From NCBI GenBank assembly GCA_003559765.1, contig PWKH01000061.1:1-44482 (forward strand): a DNA stretch of 44,482 nt, in the 5' to 3' direction. Origin of the DNA: Spirochaetaceae bacterium. GTDB taxonomy: Bacteria; Spirochaetota; Spirochaetia; PWKH01. The notes below the pieces were generated by a model. That model ran no database searches. It was given only the letters and a program-made list of their open reading frames with translations, and was not told the DNA's origin. The stretch's first letter is position 1, and each line of letters opens with the position of its first letter. Positions 1 to 8,562 of the stretch are shown piece after piece. The position numbers were made by a program, and so were the translations under genes.

Positions 1-15
1 CCGCAGGAAGCTGAT

Positions 16-73
16 AAAAAAACTAGGAGGGTCAGCACAACGGGAATAACCGATTGTTTCACTGATGCCCTCC
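16..73 (-). terminator. Rho-independent terminator-like hairpin ending the rpe...cmk/rpsA-TPR operon
   Basis: On the minus strand, GGAGGG-CA-TCAGT...GCTGA-CCCTCC (73..26) has an inner ACAATCGG/CCGTTGT stem and is followed by TAG-TTTTTTT (25..16). It starts 13 nt after the TPR gene stop. Confidence 0.7.
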
Positions 74-86
74 TGTATTCGGATAG

Positions 87-773
87 TTACATGTCAATTT
101 GGATCTGCAGAAGCCGGGTCTGTGCAAGGTTTGCCCATTCAGTATTCTCAAAATCTGAAGTGAGCTGCTGATATGCGCGAACTGCTCCGTCTGTATCATT
201 CTGTGCTTCATGCAGTCGGCCGATGTTCAGCAGTGCCCGGGAAACTCCCTGGAACTCATCTGCATAGGAATCGACTATCCGCTGATAATACTCAATCGCC
301 TGCTCCAGCTGCTCAAGTTCTTCGCTGATCACTGCTGCATTCATATAGGCTACAGGAGCCAAATAGGAACTGCTGAACTGTTCTGCTGCGGTTAGGAAAT
401 AATCCTTTGCATCTTCAAGGCGATCCTGCTGGTATGCCAGTTCTCCTGAGATCATCAGTGCCCGAAGCGCCGGATAGTCATTGATGCCGTCAATGATCTC
501 ATCCAGCTCACTCTGCAGCTCTTCAGCCAGCGCCGGCCTCTGATCTTCATCAGCCTCCTGGTATTCCTGAAACAGCTGCTGGGCCTGCTCGGTTCGGATT
601 GTATATTCCTCAAGTCTTCTCGACTGAACAGCAGTGACGATGCCGAAAATTATCAGTGCAGCGACAATCACCCCTGCTCCGGCAAGCAGCTGTTTTTTAA
701 ATTTTAGGATGAAATTCTCAACTTTCTGTGAGAATGTCACCTCTTCCTTTCGTTTATCTTCCGGTTGTTGCAT
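87..773 (-). CDS. Membrane-anchored tetratricopeptide-repeat protein (YfgM-like)
   Basis: N-terminal hydrophobic helix (LLAGAGVIVAALIIFGIVTAV) and TPR-like helices (AYMNAAVISEELEQLEQAIEYYQRIV; ALLNIGRLHEAQNDTDGAVRAYQQL). GAGGGG SD upstream. Confidence 0.8.
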   Translation of the reverse strand: MQQPEDKRKEEVTFSQKVENFILKFKKQLLAGAGVIVAALIIFGIVTAVQSRRLEEYTIRTEQAQQLFQEYQEADEDQRPALAEELQSELDEIIDGINDYPALRALMISGELAYQQDRLEDAKDYFLTAAEQFSSSYLAPVAYMNAAVISEELEQLEQAIEYYQRIVDSYADEFQGVSRALLNIGRLHEAQNDTDGAVRAYQQLTSDFENTEWANLAQTRLLQIQIDM

Positions 774-799
774 GGAAACGAGCCCCTCGTGCTGATTTA

Positions 800-3208
800 T
801 TATTCGTCAGTATCCTGCTTTTTTTCCTTGATAAGGTCAGCGAAGGTGAAGGTATCATCATCATCGCCATCGTCATCATGAATGTACTTGGAAATTTCTT
901 TCTTCTGGGTCTGCCTGATATAGTCCCTGATGGACAGGGAAAGCTTTTTCGCTGAAGGATTCACATCCATGACCATTGCCTTCACCCGATCCCCCATGGA
1001 AAACCGTTTCAGCACCTCATCTGTGTATTCCTCATCAGGGCTCGCCAGATTGTACTTTGAAATCAGTCCTTCAATATCGTCATAAACTCTGACGAATACG
1101 CCGAAATCGGTAACTCCGGTCACTTCCCCTTCAATGAGGCTGCCCTTCGGATAGGTGTCCTTCAGCTGCTTCCAGGGATTATCGGAAAGCTGTTTCACAC
1201 CGAGGCGGATGCGGTGGTTCTCATGATCCACCTTGGTGACCACCACCTCAATGGTGTCGCCTTCCTTGCAGAAGGCAGTCATATTCTTCGGCTTTTTTGT
1301 CCAGGAAAAATCATCAATATGCAGAAATCCGTCGATCCCCTCTTCAAGCTGCACAAAGGCTCCCGCATTGGTAACTTTTATCACTTCACGGGTCATGCGC
1401 TTGCCAACAGGATACTGTTCTTCAATAGTATCCCAGGGATTCGGTGCAACCTGTTTCATACCGAGGGATACCTTTCTTGCATCCACATCGTATCCGAGAA
1501 TCATCGCTTCAACTTCATTTCCGATGGAAACAACTTCCTTGGGATGATTGATCCGTTTTATCCAGGAGAGTTCAGAAATATGAGCAAGGCCTTCAATCCC
1601 CTCTTCCAGCTCAATAAAAACCCCGAAATCGGTGAGTTTCGTGACCTTTCCCTTCACAATCTGTTCAAGATCATAGCGGTCGATAAATGATTCCCACGGA
1701 TCGGGAGTAAAATGCTTCAGGCTGAGATTAATCTTCTGGCTTTCGGTATCAAGGTGAATCAGCTTCAGCTTGATCTTCTGCCCCTTCTTTACATAATCCT
1801 TCGGCCGGGTTACATGGCCCCAGCTCATATCGTTGATATGCAGCAGCCCGTCGAATCCCCCGAGGTCAATGAATGCTCCAAAGGAAGTAAAGCTTTTTAC
1901 AATACCTTCAACTTCATCGTCGACCTGCCGGTTCTCAAAGAATTCCTTTTTTCTGCGGTCAATCTCTTTCTCCAGGAAAGCCCTGCGGGATATAACCGGT
2001 TTCACCCGGGAATCAGCATGGAGTTTATCAATAAGAAAGTAATCGGTAATTCCGATCATCTCTTCAGGATCTTCAATTCTCCGCATTGCCGCCTTAGACA
2101 AGGGACAGAATGCGGTAATTGATCCCTGAACGGAGACTTCGTAACCGCCCTTGATCACCCGTGCAAAGGTTCCCTTCACGGGTTCCTCATTTTTATGGGC
2201 TTCCTTCATATTGTTGTCAGTTACTCGAATATCTGCCTTCTTTTTGGAAACCACGGTCTGTCCGTGCTTACCCTCTTTACTGATAAGCACTACCTGGACC
2301 TCATCGCCGATAGAGGGCAGTTCTTCGAATTCCTCGACAGGGATCCTGCCTTCGGATTTGAAGCCAACATCGACGAACACATTCTCTCCGGTGATCTCGA
2401 CGACATGCCCTGTTATCAGCTGACCCTCTTCGATACCATCAAGTTTATTCAGGTATTCCTCCTGAAGCGAGTTCTGCATCTCGCTCATTTTACTGGTATC
2501 TTGATCCTGTACTTCATTGCTGTTATTGTCAGTTCCTTTTTCTGATAACACGTTCCGACTCTCCTGATTTAAATTTCTTCCGTTTATTATGTTCAACACT
2601 TTCTCACAAACTTCATCTATGGTCAAGTGTGAGGTATCCAGGTAAAATGCATCCTCAGCAACCGTAAGTGATCCGTATCCCTTGTTGGTATCAACGGCAT
2701 CCCGCCGGTTCAGCTCATTCTGCAGATCAGATAATTCCAGTTCGGTATCCTGCTGTTTATACCGTCTATCCGCTCTAATTTCAAGACTTGCGTCAAAATA
2801 GAACTTGTAGTCAGCATTGGGAAACACCACCGTGGCCATGTCCCTGCCTTCGGCGATCAAGTCCAGATCCTCGGCGACTTCCCGCAGCTGCTGATTCACT
2901 ATGTCTCTGACCTGCCGGACTGCTGAGTGCTGGGCGACGTACTGATCAATACGGTCGGTATGCAGCTCATCCTCAACGTCAGTACCGTTGCAGTGCACCC
3001 TGCCCTGCTGTATGGTCAGTCTGCACGCTGAAGCTGATGCAATGAGATCCGACTCGCTTTCGGGATCCCTTCCCGAATCAAGGAGATGTTTGGTAATTGC
3101 CCGATAGAAATTTCCGGAATTGATATAAAACAGCGAAAGTTTTTCAGCAAGCAGTTTTGCTATCGTACTCTTGCCGACCCCTGCAGGCCCGTCAATTACT
3201 ACAACCAT
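800..3208 (-). CDS. cmk-rpsA: Bifunctional cytidylate kinase / 30S ribosomal protein S1 (Cmk-RpsA fusion, 802 aa)
   Basis: N-terminal Cmk motifs IDGPAGVGKST, SGNFYRA and EGRDMATVVFP continue without a stop into repeated S1 domains (FGAFIDLGGFDGLLHINDMSW; FGVFIELEEGIEGLAHISELSW). Start moved to ATG 3208, which follows an AAGGA SD. Confidence 0.93.
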   Translation of the reverse strand: MVVVIDGPAGVGKSTIAKLLAEKLSLFYINSGNFYRAITKHLLDSGRDPESESDLIASASACRLTIQQGRVHCNGTDVEDELHTDRIDQYVAQHSAVRQVRDIVNQQLREVAEDLDLIAEGRDMATVVFPNADYKFYFDASLEIRADRRYKQQDTELELSDLQNELNRRDAVDTNKGYGSLTVAEDAFYLDTSHLTIDEVCEKVLNIINGRNLNQESRNVLSEKGTDNNSNEVQDQDTSKMSEMQNSLQEEYLNKLDGIEEGQLITGHVVEITGENVFVDVGFKSEGRIPVEEFEELPSIGDEVQVVLISKEGKHGQTVVSKKKADIRVTDNNMKEAHKNEEPVKGTFARVIKGGYEVSVQGSITAFCPLSKAAMRRIEDPEEMIGITDYFLIDKLHADSRVKPVISRRAFLEKEIDRRKKEFFENRQVDDEVEGIVKSFTSFGAFIDLGGFDGLLHINDMSWGHVTRPKDYVKKGQKIKLKLIHLDTESQKINLSLKHFTPDPWESFIDRYDLEQIVKGKVTKLTDFGVFIELEEGIEGLAHISELSWIKRINHPKEVVSIGNEVEAMILGYDVDARKVSLGMKQVAPNPWDTIEEQYPVGKRMTREVIKVTNAGAFVQLEEGIDGFLHIDDFSWTKKPKNMTAFCKEGDTIEVVVTKVDHENHRIRLGVKQLSDNPWKQLKDTYPKGSLIEGEVTGVTDFGVFVRVYDDIEGLISKYNLASPDEEYTDEVLKRFSMGDRVKAMVMDVNPSAKKLSLSIRDYIRQTQKKEISKYIHDDDGDDDDTFTFADLIKEKKQDTDE

Positions 3209-3950
3209 GCTCTGTACTATCCTTTTTCGACATGGACAGACACATACTGACCACATCCCAATTAATTTCTCTGAATGTTCCGGGTGGAAGATCCCCCAGT
3301 TCAATCGGGCCGATCCGTATCCGGTGAAGCATATCTACGGTATACCGTAAATGCTCCAGCAGCCTTCGAATCTCCCGATTTTTCCCCTCAGTGAGTACCA
3401 GGGTGAAGGCATAATCGGAAATCAGAGAGTACCGTTTTATTTTATATACTATACCGTCATTTAGTTGAACCCCCCTGAGGCATGATTTCAGATCTTTCTC
3501 AGAGATTTTATCAGATACGGTGATGTAATACTCTTTTTCAACCTGAAATGAGGGATGCTGGATCCTCTGGGCAAAATCCCCGTCATTGGTATAGATCATC
3601 AGTCCGGTAGAACTGATGTCAAGGCGGCCGACATGAAACAGCACATGCTTGTCGGAAACGGTGATCAGATCCCGGGCGTAACGGTGATGATGGGGGTCGT
3701 AATTTGAACTGATATACCCCCGGGGCTTGTTCAGGACATAATAGCGGTAGTGCTTCGGTCTCAGTTCCCTTCCGTCAAGGGTCACCCGGTCCATGTCCGT
3801 GACGGTGACACCCATCCGGGCAACCGTGACGCCGTTCACCCCTACCCGTCCTTCGGCAATCAGCTGCTCGCAGTATCTTCTAGATCCTGCCCCGCAGGAA
3901 GCCAGGTACTTCTGCAGCCGCTGGGGCGCATCACTGGTCATCTGATTCAT
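3192..3950 (-). CDS. rluB: RsuA/RluB-family rRNA pseudouridine synthase
   Basis: S4 domain (RLQKYLASCGAGSRRYCEQLI), LNKPRGY, catalytic VGRLD motif and EGKNREIRR. Lies between scpB and cmk. Start chosen at ATG 3950 after GAGGA; 3941 is an alternative. Confidence 0.85.
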   Translation of the reverse strand: MNQMTSDAPQRLQKYLASCGAGSRRYCEQLIAEGRVGVNGVTVARMGVTVTDMDRVTLDGRELRPKHYRYYVLNKPRGYISSNYDPHHHRYARDLITVSDKHVLFHVGRLDISSTGLMIYTNDGDFAQRIQHPSFQVEKEYYITVSDKISEKDLKSCLRGVQLNDGIVYKIKRYSLISDYAFTLVLTEGKNREIRRLLEHLRYTVDMLHRIRIGPIELGDLPPGTFREINWDVVSMCLSMSKKDSTEHGCSN

Positions 3951-4536
3951 CTTCTTCCTCGAATCGGTCATAATCTACATCAGAGAGCTTCGGAAGCGAA
4001 GAAATGCTGCGGAGATTGAACTCCTGGAGAAACTTCTTCGTGGTTCCGTAGAGGTTCGGGTGACCGATGACATCCTTTTTCCCCACCGTCCGGACATATT
4101 CCCGGTCGAGCAGCAGCCTCAGACTGTTATCGGAGCTCACCCCCCTGATATTCTCAATTTCCTTTCTGGTGACAGGCTGGGAATAGGCAATAATAGATAA
4201 TGTCTCCAGAGCCGCCCTGGAAAGACGCCGATCAATTTTTTTTCCGTACTGATCCTTGAGATCGTCCCACAGTTCATCCTTCGGAACAAAATGGTAGCCC
4301 CCGGCAAACTCCAGCAGGCGGATACCGTGGACGGGCTCCTGTTCGTAGTGCTGCTGCAGCAGATCAAGGCATTCCCTCACCGTCTTTCGAGGAAGACTGC
4401 TGAGTCTTGCCAGCCGGTCGATCTCCACCGGTTCATTTTCCAGATACAGCACAGCCTCAACTATCTGCATATGACGGGTAAGAAGCTGATCCATCTTCAG
4501 ATTCTGATCCTGATTCTGTTCGTTCTCCCTGTCCAT
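3931..4536 (-). CDS. scpB: SMC-Scp complex subunit ScpB
   Basis: VEAVLY, LSRAALETLSIIAYSQPVTRKEIENIRGV and GHPNLYGTTKKFLQEF. Start ATG 4536 follows GAAGAGGA; 4494 is an alternative. Confidence 0.92.
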   Translation of the reverse strand: MDRENEQNQDQNLKMDQLLTRHMQIVEAVLYLENEPVEIDRLARLSSLPRKTVRECLDLLQQHYEQEPVHGIRLLEFAGGYHFVPKDELWDDLKDQYGKKIDRRLSRAALETLSIIAYSQPVTRKEIENIRGVSSDNSLRLLLDREYVRTVGKKDVIGHPNLYGTTKKFLQEFNLRSISSLPKLSDVDYDRFEEEDESDDQ

Positions 4537-5284
4537 GTTCCTCTTCTTCCCGTCTGCGGATATGGATATCACCGAAAAGTGAATGCTGAAAGATTCGAAT
4601 CATCCGAACCTTTACGGCCTCCAAGATTGCCAGAAAAGAGCAGATGATATCAAGGGGGGAATGCTCATTAATGATCAGCTCAAGGAAAGGAAATTCCTCC
4701 TTCTCCTCAAGCAGTTCAATCAGATAGGCAGTCTTCTCCTTGATCGTGACCTCTTCGTATACATTGAACACGTTTTCCTTGGACATGCCCGACAAAAGCC
4801 GGTTGAATGTCTGGAGCAGATCCCAGATCTCGATTTCTTCCCAGATGTCCGCATCATCGAAGGGAAGCACCCGCTGATTCTTCTTCCGGGAAATCACCCA
4901 TTCAGTAGCATCGCCCTGCTCAGATATGAGTTCGGCATATTTCTTGTACTTCTGGTACTCAATCAGCCGCTCCACCAGATCCTTTCTCGGATCGTCAAAC
5001 TCCTCATCGAATTCTACTTCAACGGGAAGCAGCATCCTTGATTTAATGTATATCAGGGTTGAGGCCATCACATAAAAATCAGTCAGGTTGTCCAGCTCAA
5101 TTGATTCTGCATATTTGATGAATTCCATGTACTGTTCGGTGATCTCAGCGATCGGAATATCATAAATATTCACTTCATTCTTCTGAATGAGAAACAGCAG
5201 CAGGTCCAAAGGCCCTTCGAATGAGGAGAGCTGGACGCTGTAGGGAGAAGCTTTCAGGATCTCCGGACTGTGCTCTTCGCTCAT
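4457..5284 (-). CDS. scpA: Segregation and condensation protein ScpA (kleisin)
   Basis: [46 protein letters not shown] and FLAILEAVK...[10 protein letters not shown]. Confidence 0.93.
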   Translation of the reverse strand: MSEEHSPEILKASPYSVQLSSFEGPLDLLLFLIQKNEVNIYDIPIAEITEQYMEFIKYAESIELDNLTDFYVMASTLIYIKSRMLLPVEVEFDEEFDDPRKDLVERLIEYQKYKKYAELISEQGDATEWVISRKKNQRVLPFDDADIWEEIEIWDLLQTFNRLLSGMSKENVFNVYEEVTIKEKTAYLIELLEEKEEFPFLELIINEHSPLDIICSFLAILEAVKVRMIRIFQHSLFGDIHIRRREEEEHGQGERTESGSESEDGSASYPSYADS

Positions 5285-6360
5285 GGCTCTTTGTGTTCCT
5301 CTTCAGCCGGAGGTGGAGGCGAAGTCTGCTGCGGGAACATCAGGACGCGCAGCTGCTTTTCGAGATCCCGGGAGATCTCAGGACGCTCCTCCAGATAGGT
5401 CTTCACATTTTCCCTGCCCTGGCCGATTTTCTCGTCTTTGTAGGAGTACCAGCTGCCGCTTTTTCCGATAAGATCGTACTTCAGAGCACCGTCAAGAAGA
5501 CTGGCGTAATAGCTGATGCCCTTACCGAACATAATTTCCAGCTCAGCCTTTCGGAACGGCGGGGCCACCTTGTTTTTCACCACCTTCACCCGCACCCGGT
5601 TCCCGATGGCTTCATCGGCGGTTTTGGTGATAGTTTCAATCCGGCGGACCTCCAGCCGAAGAGAGGAATAGAACTTCAGGGCGTTGCCTCCGGTGGTGGT
5701 TTCCGGATTACCGAAGAGTACGCCGATTTTCATCCGAATCTGGTTGATAAAAATCAGAGAAGTCCCGGACTTGGAGATGATGCCGCTGAGTTTACGCAGC
5801 GCCTGGCTCATAAGCCGAGCCTGCAGACCCATATGGGCATCCCCCATCTCCCCCTCTATTTCGGCCTGGGGCGTCAGCGCTGCGACCGAATCAACCACAA
5901 TAATGTCGAGGGCGCCGGAACGGACCAGAGATTCGGTTATCTCCAGCGCCTGCTCTCCCGTGTCGGGCTGGGAGATCCACAGCTCATCGGTCTTGACGCC
6001 GAGGTTTCCCGCATAGGTGGGGTCAAGGGCATGCTCGGCGTCGATGAATGCGGCAATACCTCCGTTCTTCTGGCTTTCGGCAATGGCATGGAGCGCAAGG
6101 GTGGTCTTCCCGGATGATTCAGGTCCGTAGATCTCAATCACCCGGCCTTTGGGGTATCCCCCCACTCCCAGTGCTTCATCCAGCAGGATTGATCCTGACG
6201 GAATTGCCGGCACCCGTTTAATCACTCCTTCATCACCGAGGCGCATCAGCGAGCCCTTGCCGAACTGCTTGTCAATCTGAGTCCTTGCCGACTCAATCGC
6301 CTGTGTCTTTTCAGTCAGATTTCCGTAATCGCTGGCTGAATGCAGCGTCTTTTTAGCCAT
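5281..6360 (-). CDS. recA: Recombinase RecA
   Basis: GPESSGKTT Walker [42 protein letters not shown] and [14 protein letters not shown]. Confidence 0.99.
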   Translation of the reverse strand: MAKKTLHSASDYGNLTEKTQAIESARTQIDKQFGKGSLMRLGDEGVIKRVPAIPSGSILLDEALGVGGYPKGRVIEIYGPESSGKTTLALHAIAESQKNGGIAAFIDAEHALDPTYAGNLGVKTDELWISQPDTGEQALEITESLVRSGALDIIVVDSVAALTPQAEIEGEMGDAHMGLQARLMSQALRKLSGIISKSGTSLIFINQIRMKIGVLFGNPETTTGGNALKFYSSLRLEVRRIETITKTADEAIGNRVRVKVVKNKVAPPFRKAELEIMFGKGISYYASLLDGALKYDLIGKSGSWYSYKDEKIGQGRENVKTYLEERPEISRDLEKQLRVLMFPQQTSPPPPAEEEHKEP

Positions 6361-6421
6361 ATTTTTTCTCCAAACGTATTATGCTCTCGATGATATCATC
6401 AGACTGCAGGTCAGTTCTGAT

Positions 6422-6877
6422 TCAGCTCTGCAGCTGTTTTGTGTCAAACCAGATGGTCACAGGACCGTCATTCGTGTAGGTAACATCCATGTGGGCGCCG
6501 AACTTTCCGGTCTCAACAGGAACATCATAGCATGAACTGACCAGCTGTGAAAATCTTTCTACACATTCTGCTGCCCGTTCAGGGGTTTCAGCTGAATTGA
6601 AGGAGGGCCGGTTCCCCTTTTTAGTATCTGCGCAGAGGGTGAACTGGCTGATCAGAAGGACTTTCCCTCCTGTCTGGATGACAGAACGGTTCAGTTTGCC
6701 CTGATCATCCTCAAATATGCGGAGATTGGCAATCTTTCTGGCAAGGTACTCCAGATCCTTCTGCCCGTCGCCCTGCTCCACCCCCAGATACACCAGCAGT
6801 CCGTGGTCTACAGCTCCCGTAAGCTGGTGCTCCGCTGTCACCGATCCGTTTCTGATCCGCTGCACCACCGCTTTCAT
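6422..6877 (-). CDS. dtd: D-aminoacyl-tRNA deacylase
   Basis: MKAVVQR, SQFTL, KGNRPSF and NDGPVTI motifs. Confidence 0.96.
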   Translation of the reverse strand: MKAVVQRIRNGSVTAEHQLTGAVDHGLLVYLGVEQGDGQKDLEYLARKIANLRIFEDDQGKLNRSVIQTGGKVLLISQFTLCADTKKGNRPSFNSAETPERAAECVERFSQLVSSCYDVPVETGKFGAHMDVTYTNDGPVTIWFDTKQLQS

Positions 6878-7548
6878 GATTCAGCCCTTCCATATTTGAA
6901 CCGGGAAACCAGAGCTTGAGGGTCAGCAGCCTGAAAAAAGGCGCTTCCGGCAACTGCGATGTCTACTCCGGCATTTCTCACGACATCAACGGTGTCGTTA
7001 TTTACTCCGCCGTCGACACTGATGAGGTAGCGGTGTCCCTGCTCCCTGCGGATCTCGTCAAGCCAGCGGATCTTGTCCACACAGAAATCCAGCATAGCCT
7101 GACCGCCGTAACCGGGGTTCACGGTCATGATCAGGATCAGATCAAGCTCCCCGAGCATCGGCAGGAGGGCATGCACCGGGGTCGAGGGAACGATGGATAT
7201 GCCGGCCTTTTTCCCGTATGAGCGTATCTGCTGGATCACTCGGTGGGCATGGACTGCCGCCTCGAGATGGAAGGAAATCCAGTCGCTGCCGGCCTGGGCG
7301 AATCCTTCGATCATCCGTTCCGGATGATCAATCATCAGGTGGGTGTCAAAGGGAAGCGCACTGCAGCCTCTGATGTCTGCAACAAACTTGCTGCCGAAGG
7401 TGATTTCCGGTACGAAGGAACCGTCCATGACGTCAAGATGAACCCAGTCAGACTGGGAATCGTTAATTTTCTCCATCTCCTTCCGCATGTGAGAAAAATC
7501 AGCGGAAAGAACTGAAGGAGCAACCTGTAATACTTTATTCCGTGCCAT
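6874..7548 (-). CDS. rpe: Ribulose-phosphate 3-epimerase
   Basis: APSVLSADF, HLDVMDGSFVP, DTHLMI, MTVNPGYGGQ and VDGGVN. Start moved to ATG 7548. Confidence 0.96.
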   Translation of the reverse strand: MARNKVLQVAPSVLSADFSHMRKEMEKINDSQSDWVHLDVMDGSFVPEITFGSKFVADIRGCSALPFDTHLMIDHPERMIEGFAQAGSDWISFHLEAAVHAHRVIQQIRSYGKKAGISIVPSTPVHALLPMLGELDLILIMTVNPGYGGQAMLDFCVDKIRWLDEIRREQGHRYLISVDGGVNNDTVDVVRNAGVDIAVAGSAFFQAADPQALVSRFKYGRAES

Positions 7549-7555
7549 ACGCCAA

Positions 7556-7584
7556 TTTGTATCAAATAAGCGTGAGAAAGGCAA
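7556..7584 (-). promoter_or_regulatory. Putative sigma70 promoter for rpe (leaderless geometry)
   Basis: TTGCCT (7584-7579), 17 nt, TACAAA (7561-7556, preceded by TGn), 7 nt, then ATG 7548. No SD present. Confidence 0.4.
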
Positions 7585-7622
7585 TCGAAGCATAACCCCT
7601 ATGATAATCCCTCAGTTTCAAT

Positions 7623-7628
7623 TATACT
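7623..7628 (+). promoter_or_regulatory. Putative -10 element for the TPR-greA operon
   Basis: TATACT lies 7 nt upstream of ATG 7636. No SD and no clear -35. Confidence 0.45.
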
Positions 7629-7635
7629 GAGTATT

Positions 7636-8532
7636 ATGGCTGATTTGCGGGCAGTTCAATATATAAAGCATGGTTCATTCCAGGAGGCTCTGCGGTTTAT
7701 CCCTGGATATCAGGAGCAGGTGCGGCATATCTTTGACTTCTGGAAGCTCAGAAAGTCGGCGTTTGAACGGGAAAGTCATCCTGAGGAATGCATGCGGCTC
7801 ATCGCCGGCGAGTGGAAGGTCTTCTACCGGCTCTATCTGCAGATCGGACTGGAGCTTGAGTACTACCGGGGAATCCGTGAATGGGTCTTCAAACTTCTGT
7901 GTGATACCGCAGCGAAATTCGGTGAGGAGCCCGACAGCACTGAAGTGCTCTACTACCGGGGTATTTCCCACCTGATGAACAATGAAACCCATGAGGCTGT
8001 CTCTTGGATTCAGAAAGCGGTAGCGAAGGAACCGGAGAACCAGCGGTGTCTGGCGGCCCTTGCGGCCTGCTGGGAACATCTCGGTCATGATTTTCAGGCA
8101 CGGCTGCTTTTCAGGGAGACCTTTTATCAGGCTCCTGATGAAGTGGAATACGAATGTCTTCGGTCTCAAATCATTGACGCAGTTATTGAAAAAATCACAA
8201 AATTCCAATATCCTGTAAACAGCATTCGATACTGGATACCCGTGTTCGGAAGAATTTTCGGATTTTTCAATGTGAAACGAGCGTTAACAACACTTGAGTA
8301 CAGCAATTTGGTGAAACAGATGCGTGCGCTTGAACACAAGCTTGAAGGAGAAGGACGGCAGCAGGACCCGAGTCTGCTTCCGATGCTGATAAACTGTTAT
8401 CTCTGGATGATAGATTATCACGTCTCTCTGCAGAAATATCCGGATAAAATAACTGAAATAGAGACTCAGCTGCGGGAAGCTGACTATTCGGTGTATCAGC
8501 TGTATATCGAACATGCACACATGTCGAAGTAG
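7636..8532 (+). CDS. Hypothetical helical protein with TPR-like repeats
   Basis: 298-aa ORF fills the gap before greA. TPR-like segment VLYYRGISHLMNNETHEAVSWIQKAVAKEPENQRCLAALAACWEHLG. Confidence 0.75.
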   Translation: MADLRAVQYIKHGSFQEALRFIPGYQEQVRHIFDFWKLRKSAFERESHPEECMRLIAGEWKVFYRLYLQIGLELEYYRGIREWVFKLLCDTAAKFGEEPDSTEVLYYRGISHLMNNETHEAVSWIQKAVAKEPENQRCLAALAACWEHLGHDFQARLLFRETFYQAPDEVEYECLRSQIIDAVIEKITKFQYPVNSIRYWIPVFGRIFGFFNVKRALTTLEYSNLVKQMRALEHKLEGEGRQQDPSLLPMLINCYLWMIDYHVSLQKYPDKITEIETQLREADYSVYQLYIEHAHMSK

Positions 8533-8562
8533 TTCGAACAATTATCATAAGGTGGTACTGGT

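Noticed and set aside
3209-3304. N-terminal extension of cmk-rpsA in the ORF track (MNWGIF...CVCPC)
   Set aside because: It overlaps rluB, and Cmk homology and the SD both point to ATG 3208. Similar over-extensions were trimmed for scpB, rpe, rimP, tamB, ruvA, yebC and the PEGA gene.
5221-6117. 298-aa plus-strand ORF antisense to recA
   Set aside because: Shadow ORF on the reverse strand of a highly conserved gene, with no recognisable motifs or SD.
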